Below, piece after piece: positions 58,881-64,000 of a DNA stretch of 64,000 bases (position 1 is its first letter; each line of letters opens with the position of its first letter). The position numbers and the translations under genes are program-made. The notes below the pieces were generated by a model. That model was not told where the DNA came from and searched no databases. It saw nothing but the letters and a program-made list of their open reading frames with translations. The stretch comes from Mayamaea pseudoterrestris (lineage: Eukaryota): positions 992,001-1,056,000 of the forward strand of contig BROI01000007.1 of assembly GCA_027923505.1 (NCBI GenBank), written 5' to 3'.

Positions 58881-60054
58881 TTATTCAGCAAGCTCCCGAC
58901 TCTTGGTCAAAATCGCCTGCAAGCAAACATTGGCATCCTCATCCAAGACTTCCTTCAAATCGGGCAGCAGCGAATCCACCGTCTTGGTCGCCACTACATG
59001 CTCGTAAATGAAATCAATGAGCGACACTTCCTCCTCGCCCAGGTGGTGGCGAATCTCGCCGGCAATGAACTGGCGCAATGAAGCATGTGATGATTCCGGA
59101 ATGGAGGGAAACGAGTCGACTGCATCAGTCGTGGTTTTGGATTTCTTGCTTGGTGGTTCCGCGCCTTCGTCTTGCTGTGTTTCCGTGCCGTCTTGTTGTT
59201 GCTGGGCAGTCATCCACGCCGGCAGATTGGAAACGCCGCGGGGAGCGCCTTGCGTTGGAGGAGGCAAATTACCAATCGGCGGTGGTAGATTGCCAGGTGG
59301 AGGCGGTGGAGGAGGAAGCAACAAACCAGTTGGTGGCGGCGGTGGAGGAAATAATCCAGCTGGCGGTGGCGGCGGCAACCCACTACCAGGCAATGCATTT
59401 ATCGTCGGAATGGCTTGTTGCGCAGACAATTCCTCTTGGACTTTCCGTTTGATCACTGGCAGCATTTGCTCCAGCTTGGTTCGCACCAGCTCCTTGCGGC
59501 GCACCGCCTTGGTGCCCTGCTGCTTTTCGAGCTTGACGCGAAAGGCTTGCACCAAACGCAAAACATGCGGCGCCTTGAGCGGATCAGCATCTTCGTCGTC
59601 GTCGTCGGCTTCGTCATGGTTATTTTCCTTGTTGCGTAGTGAGGACGACGCGTCTGTAGTACTAGTGTTCGTCGCTGGTTCATCTACGACGGTAGTTGCA
59701 TCCGTCGCTCCACTTGGTACATCACCACTGCTACCACTCCCACTGCCGCCACTTCCACTATTAATAATATTTTCATACGCCTGCATTAGTTTGTCAACTA
59801 AGACTTGCACCGTCGCTGGATCCATCATGGACGGCGGCAGCGGCACGTCGGGATTGGTGGGCACCAAGTGGGCGTGGAGTTTTGATAGTGCTGGTGATGC
59901 ATTATCGTTGCTGCCGCTCTCGTCATTTTGTTGTTCCTTTAGTTGCTTGACGAGCTGCTTGACGGTCGCAACGATGCGCAGGGCGGCATCCGAATGCGAC
60001 GTGGTGACGAGCGCCATGATGGTTTTATTGTTCATGGCGTCGTCATTATTGTCC

Positions 60055-60089
<35 letters not shown>

Positions 60090-60347
60090 GTCATTTTGTT
60101 CGCTGTCATTAGACGGCGGCGGAAAAAACAATATGCTTCTGGCGCTGGCGCACGGCGCCAGGAATTCGCGCATGGCTTGGTGGTGGTGCAAGGTTTTCGG
60201 AATATTCATTAGCAGCACCTGCGTGGAGAGTCGAGCGATTGCTGGCGGCGGCGGCATCATGACATGATGATGCGGTCGAGTCACTGGAGGAGGCGGAAGC
60301 GGCAAGCCATCTGCGGCTAGAGGTGGAGGAGGAGGGACCGTTGCCAT
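58881..60347 (-). CDS. PWI-domain, proline-rich protein (RBM25-like C-terminus)
   Basis: LRQFIAGEIRHHLGEEEVSLIDFI...LKEVLDEDA PWI motif; RGVSNLPAWM; poly-Q and poly-P tracts. Confidence 0.75.
60057..60086. repeat. (CTG)10 coding microsatellite (poly-Q in the PWI protein)
   Basis: Uninterrupted ctg repeats. Confidence 0.85.
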
Positions 60348-60644
60348 GGTGCAAGGTGGATTTGTGTGCGTTTCGTGTGGCAGCGCGCGCAACGAAGCGA
60401 TACGTCGCAGCAACGTCGCACCGGCATTGAATCGACACCAGTACGACAGTCAACGATTACGGCGTTTCTCTCCTCGTTTCACCATGGCAAGATTTTCAGT
60501 AAAGATATTACACGTGACGCTTGCTCGCTGCTAAAGCTCAATGTAGCTCTGCCTTATTGTTTAGTGAATCTTTTAGGAATAACTATTATGACCTTGAGAA
60601 ATTATACATGATGAAGCGAGCGTCTCGGTACCGGAGCATTGCAT

Positions 60645-61012
60645 TGAGTTAAACGTTCCTTTTGCTGCTCTCGTCTTACTGCTTTATATGGATACAATAG
60701 TCTCTAAAGTACAAAGACTGTAGTTGGGTGAAAGTCGCTTTACTAGTAGGTGTGAATTAGATGTGATGTGGGTCGGTGAAAGAACACTGAGACTGAGCAA
60801 ACGATTGCAATCCAAAGGAGCGAAGAAAGCCACGTATGCTCCAGCTCAGATTCACCTCAAGGTACATTCAACTTGCATCCAAAGAAAGGCCTGATACGGT
60901 GCAAGTTCAAGTACATGAATGAGGAGGATTCCCATGGCGATGGCTTGATTATGTGGAACGAGATGAGTGGCTGAAAGGTGTCGCACTGAGAACCGCAACG
61001 ACCTTTAACTCT
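60645..61012 (-). repeat. Putative 3' LTR (~365 bp), preceded on the minus strand by polypurine tract GAGGGAG(AG)
   Basis: 8-bp terminal inverted repeat GAGTTAAA (60646-60653) / TTTAACTC (61004-61011). CTCCCTC lies adjacent at 61011-61017. Exact boundaries need the 5' LTR. Confidence 0.6.
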
Positions 61013-61102
61013 CCCTCGCGAGACTGGACGGGGAATCAATAACATATAGATGACAACAGGGGCGACTTGTTTCTCTAACGGCTGGTTGCAGACAACCAAG
61101 GA

Positions 61103-64000
61103 CTACCAACCTTGGACTGAAAGGCGGTTCCGCTCGAAGGACTCACGCGGCAACCCTTTAGTCATGTAGTCGGCATCTTGATCCTTGGTATCAACCTTGA
61201 AGACCTCAAACTCTCCTTGATTGTGGTGCGACCAAAACCAGTGATACTTAACCAGAAAGTACTTGGTGCGATTGGTTAGTTTCTGATTGGTAGCGAGGTA
61301 ATAGCAACCTTGATTGTCCTCGAAAACGCGGGCACGAATGGAGGTCTTGATTTCGGGCGGCAAGCTCAATACCTCAACAAATTCACCAAGGATGCGCTTT
61401 AAAGGAAGGAGAGTCTTGAGCGAGTAGGATAGAGCACTGTACTCAGCTTCAAGGGTGGAAAGAGAGATCTCGGTCTGCAACTGGCTCTTCCATACCAATG
61501 GGCAACCAGCCAACAGGATCACATACCCAGTCCTGGATCGAACGCTGTCAGGCAAATGGTCTGGTTCTCGCTTGTGCAATCCACAGAAGTCTGCATCAAC
61601 AAACAGATCCAAGTTAAGCTTGCGGGTAGGCTTAAAGATAGTGCCTTGATTGCGAGTGCCGGCAAGGTAGCGCACGATAGTCTTAACGGCAATGGCATGG
61701 CTCTGCTTTGGAGAGGAATTAAAGCGAGCAACTTGTGAGACAGCAAATGCAATATCAGGGCGAGTATTAGTTGACAAGTAAAGGAGCATGCCAACAATAG
61801 AGGCGTATCCCCATTTTTCCACCATCGGGGAGCCATCTGGGTCGGATCCAAGGGCAACTTGCGAGGCAGGCAAGTAGTTGGGCTTGCAGCTTTGGAGACC
61901 AGTCGCTGCAACAATCTTGTCAATCAATCCTTGCTGGGTTAAAGTAAAGGAGCCTGCTTTGTTGTCCCGCACGAGCTTGATACCGAGGTACTCGCACAAG
62001 GATGCCTCCTGAGTCAACTCGAATCCCATGGCTTGCAACTTGGAGATGAACTGGGTAACCACATCAACTGACTTAGCGACAATGCAACCATCATCAACAA
62101 AGCAACCAAAGAGGATGTTAACACCATAGAAGAGGCATTGGTCGAACTTGCTCTGCTTCAATCCCATACGAAGGAGAGCGTCTCGCAAATGCTCGAACCA
62201 GAGGCGCGGGGCGACGGCAAGACCGTAGAGACTCTTCTTTAACTTTAAACACATGTTGGCGCCTTTGGAAGAGCGGAAGCCTCGAGGAAGATGAATCCAA
62301 ACGGGATCTTGGAGCTCTGCTTGGACGAAGGCGCTGGCAAAGTCAACTGAGCAGGTGTGCCAATCAAGAGTCAAGGCAATGACGAGCAGCACTCGAATGG
62401 TGCTCCAAGCAATAACAGGGGCAAACGTTTCAAACACGCCTTCTTGGAGATCACCACGGACGCAGTAGCGCCCTTTATACTTTTTAATGCTGCCATCAGG
62501 CGTCCGCTTGCGGCGGAAGACCCAGGTTCCTGGCAAGATCCTTCCTTTCGCTTGAGACTTGGGCACCTCCTCCCATGTTCCCTTGGACTCCAAAACACGG
62601 ATTTCTTCTGCTGCTGCCTCTAACCACTTGCTAACATGAGGTTGATCCGCCATTGCTTGCTCGTAGGAGAGGGTGTCGGGATCCGTTGCGGCAGCCTTGT
62701 AAACAGCAGGCGCCGGGATACGGAGAGAAGCAAACAAACCAGCAAAATGCGCGGCATCGGCAAAGGATGGAGGCTTTAAAGGAGAAGCAGAGGCATTGAC
62801 AGCGCTGTAGCCAAAGCCTTGGTCTCCTTCATAGCCATAGCGGGCAGAAGACCAGCCAACTTGGCGCGTCGAACGACGAGGCGCTGGGGCGTCCTGGGGT
62901 TGGAGACCAGCTAGGCGTCCTGAGCGACGGAGAGCAGAAGGCAAAGGGGAAGAAGATGGAGCAGAAGCAGTGGTTTGTGTCTCCCTCGGAAATTCTGTTT
63001 GGGTAGGCAAGGGTGTAGGCTCCCTCGAGGATGGCTCGTCGGATGGCTCAAACGTAGGCAGCTCCCTCGTTTGAGACGGCTCGTCGATGGGATCGGCGCT
63101 GGGAGACGGGAAAGGAATCTCAGTTAAAGCAGGATTGGAGGCGTCTGGGTGCTCAAGAGGAGATGGAGAAGGAGCTTGAGCAGGCGCTTCAGTGGGTGGA
63201 GCGCTGGGACTGGCGTTGGCAACTGGATTATCGCTTGGTTTATCGGTGGGGCGTCTTGGAGAAGATGGCGGCACATCAACGGGAAGAGCTTGAGAAGGAT
63301 GATTAGCATCAAATGCAGCCCGAATGCGTTCTTGGCGACTAAAGGAGCTTGGAATAGGAGTAGAAGCAGCCTCCTCTTCTGCCTCGGCCTCACTGTCTGT
63401 CTCGTCACCGACAGGAATGTACTGGTAGGCAGAGTCACCAAAGAGCTGAAACCATTCCTTGGACCAAAGATCAGGGAGAGACGAAGGATCAGAAGAAACA
63501 GTGGCAAAGTAGTCATCAAAAACAACATGGTACTGCGGCGTTATACTTCCCGTTTGAGGATTGAGTACCAAAGGGACGGAGCTGGCATGCGAGTCGCTCA
63601 TACCAACAAAGATACACCGATGAGCTCGAGGTTGCCAACGAGGAAGCTTGTGTCCATCAGAAAGCTTCTTATCAAGCACATATACGGGGCATCCCCAAAC
63701 GTGCAGGTCGTGGAAGCGACTGTGGGGCCATCGAGTCCTTGTAAACAGATCCTGTGGACTGATCCCCGTGCTTGGATTCGGCATTTTGTTCCACAAGTAA
63801 ACGGCATGGCGGACTGCCATAGGCCAAAGACTAGGATCTGCAACCTCTGGCCAATGGATAGCGGCATGTAGGAGCATTGCTCGGGCAATGGACATGATCG
63901 TTCGAATGGCTCGCTCCGCTACCCCGTTCTGGCAATGGGAGCCCGTGCCGGCAAACTTGACGATTTGATGGAACGTGGTTAAATGCTTTGCGAATGCCTT
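61103..64000 (-). CDS. Copia Pol polyprotein, partial (integrase C-terminal part, reverse transcriptase, RNase H)
   Basis: QNGVAERAIRT read at the window edge, WGCPVYVL, RT YKGRYCVRGDLQ, KKSLYGL, FVDD, RNase H FVDADF, LSTLEAEY, FEDN, ADYMTK. No stop codons. Confidence 0.95.
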   Translation of the reverse strand, partial: KAFAKHLTTFHQIVKFAGTGSHCQNGVAERAIRTIMSIARAMLLHAAIHWPEVADPSLWPMAVRHAVYLWNKMPNPSTGISPQDLFTRTRWPHSRFHDLHVWGCPVYVLDKKLSDGHKLPRWQPRAHRCIFVGMSDSHASSVPLVLNPQTGSITPQYHVVFDDYFATVSSDPSSLPDLWSKEWFQLFGDSAYQYIPVGDETDSEAEAEEEAASTPIPSSFSRQERIRAAFDANHPSQALPVDVPPSSPRRPTDKPSDNPVANASPSAPPTEAPAQAPSPSPLEHPDASNPALTEIPFPSPSADPIDEPSQTRELPTFEPSDEPSSREPTPLPTQTEFPRETQTTASAPSSSPLPSALRRSGRLAGLQPQDAPAPRRSTRQVGWSSARYGYEGDQGFGYSAVNASASPLKPPSFADAAHFAGLFASLRIPAPAVYKAAATDPDTLSYEQAMADQPHVSKWLEAAAEEIRVLESKGTWEEVPKSQAKGRILPGTWVFRRKRTPDGSIKKYKGRYCVRGDLQEGVFETFAPVIAWSTIRVLLVIALTLDWHTCSVDFASAFVQAELQDPVWIHLPRGFRSSKGANMCLKLKKSLYGLAVAPRLWFEHLRDALLRMGLKQSKFDQCLFYGVNILFGCFVDDGCIVAKSVDVVTQFISKLQAMGFELTQEASLCEYLGIKLVRDNKAGSFTLTQQGLIDKIVAATGLQSCKPNYLPASQVALGSDPDGSPMVEKWGYASIVGMLLYLSTNTRPDIAFAVSQVARFNSSPKQSHAIAVKTIVRYLAGTRNQGTIFKPTRKLNLDLFVDADFCGLHKREPDHLPDSVRSRTGYVILLAGCPLVWKSQLQTEISLSTLEAEYSALSYSLKTLLPLKRILGEFVEVLSLPPEIKTSIRARVFEDNQGCYYLATNQKLTNRTKYFLVKYHWFWSHHNQGEFEVFKVDTKDQDADYMTKGLPRESFERNRLSVQGW

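Larger units (their letters stand above)
60645..64000 (-). mobile_element. Ty1/copia LTR retrotransposon, 3' portion (continues beyond the window)
   Basis: Pol ORF in integrase-RT-RNase H order, followed by a purine tract and an LTR-like segment. Confidence 0.92.

Noticed and set aside
59008..60267. 419-aa plus-strand ORF
   Set aside because: Antisense shadow of the low-complexity PWI gene; its poly-G and poly-C tracts mirror poly-P and poly-Q.
63149..63871. 240-aa plus-strand ORF inside the retrotransposon
   Set aside because: Antisense to the Pol integrase/linker region, with no motifs.

Overview
Gene-dense eukaryotic nuclear DNA with short GT-AG introns (mostly ~70-250 nt). The gene content is consistent with a diatom, probably pennate, but the species cannot be named from sequence alone. 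Indicators are a urea-cycle OTC with a mitochondrial-type presequence, a bipartite plastid-type presequence, diatom-style LRR and sulfotransferase families, and a Ty1/copia element. About 31 protein-coding genes are present, mostly housekeeping and largely arranged as alternating divergent/convergent pairs (AP-1 gamma, Erv1, E2, DLST, OTC, DBP4/DDX10, THADA/Trm732, AFG1, Bud32, TRAPPC12 and others). Accessory structure: (i) a ~356-bp TA-flanked MITE-like element with perfect terminal inverted repeats at 11.1-11.4 kb; (ii) a ~5-kb island (25.8-31.0 kb) with a decayed, strongly CpG-depleted Pro/Ser repeat array and a tandem pair of orphan 3-exon paralogs sharing a 19-nt micro-exon; (iii) the 3' part of a copia retrotransposon with an uninterrupted ORF and a 3' LTR with non-canonical termini. 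Unusual proteins include a putatively myristoylated CRAL-TRIO-like/bZIP fusion with clustered TGAGTCA sites upstream, a protein with three tandem zipper-less basic repeats, a tail-anchored truncated globin, a Cys-less NifU-domain protein and a gene needing a 6-nt micro-exon. All splice models were derived by eye, with no database searches. No rRNA, tRNA or CRISPR array was seen.
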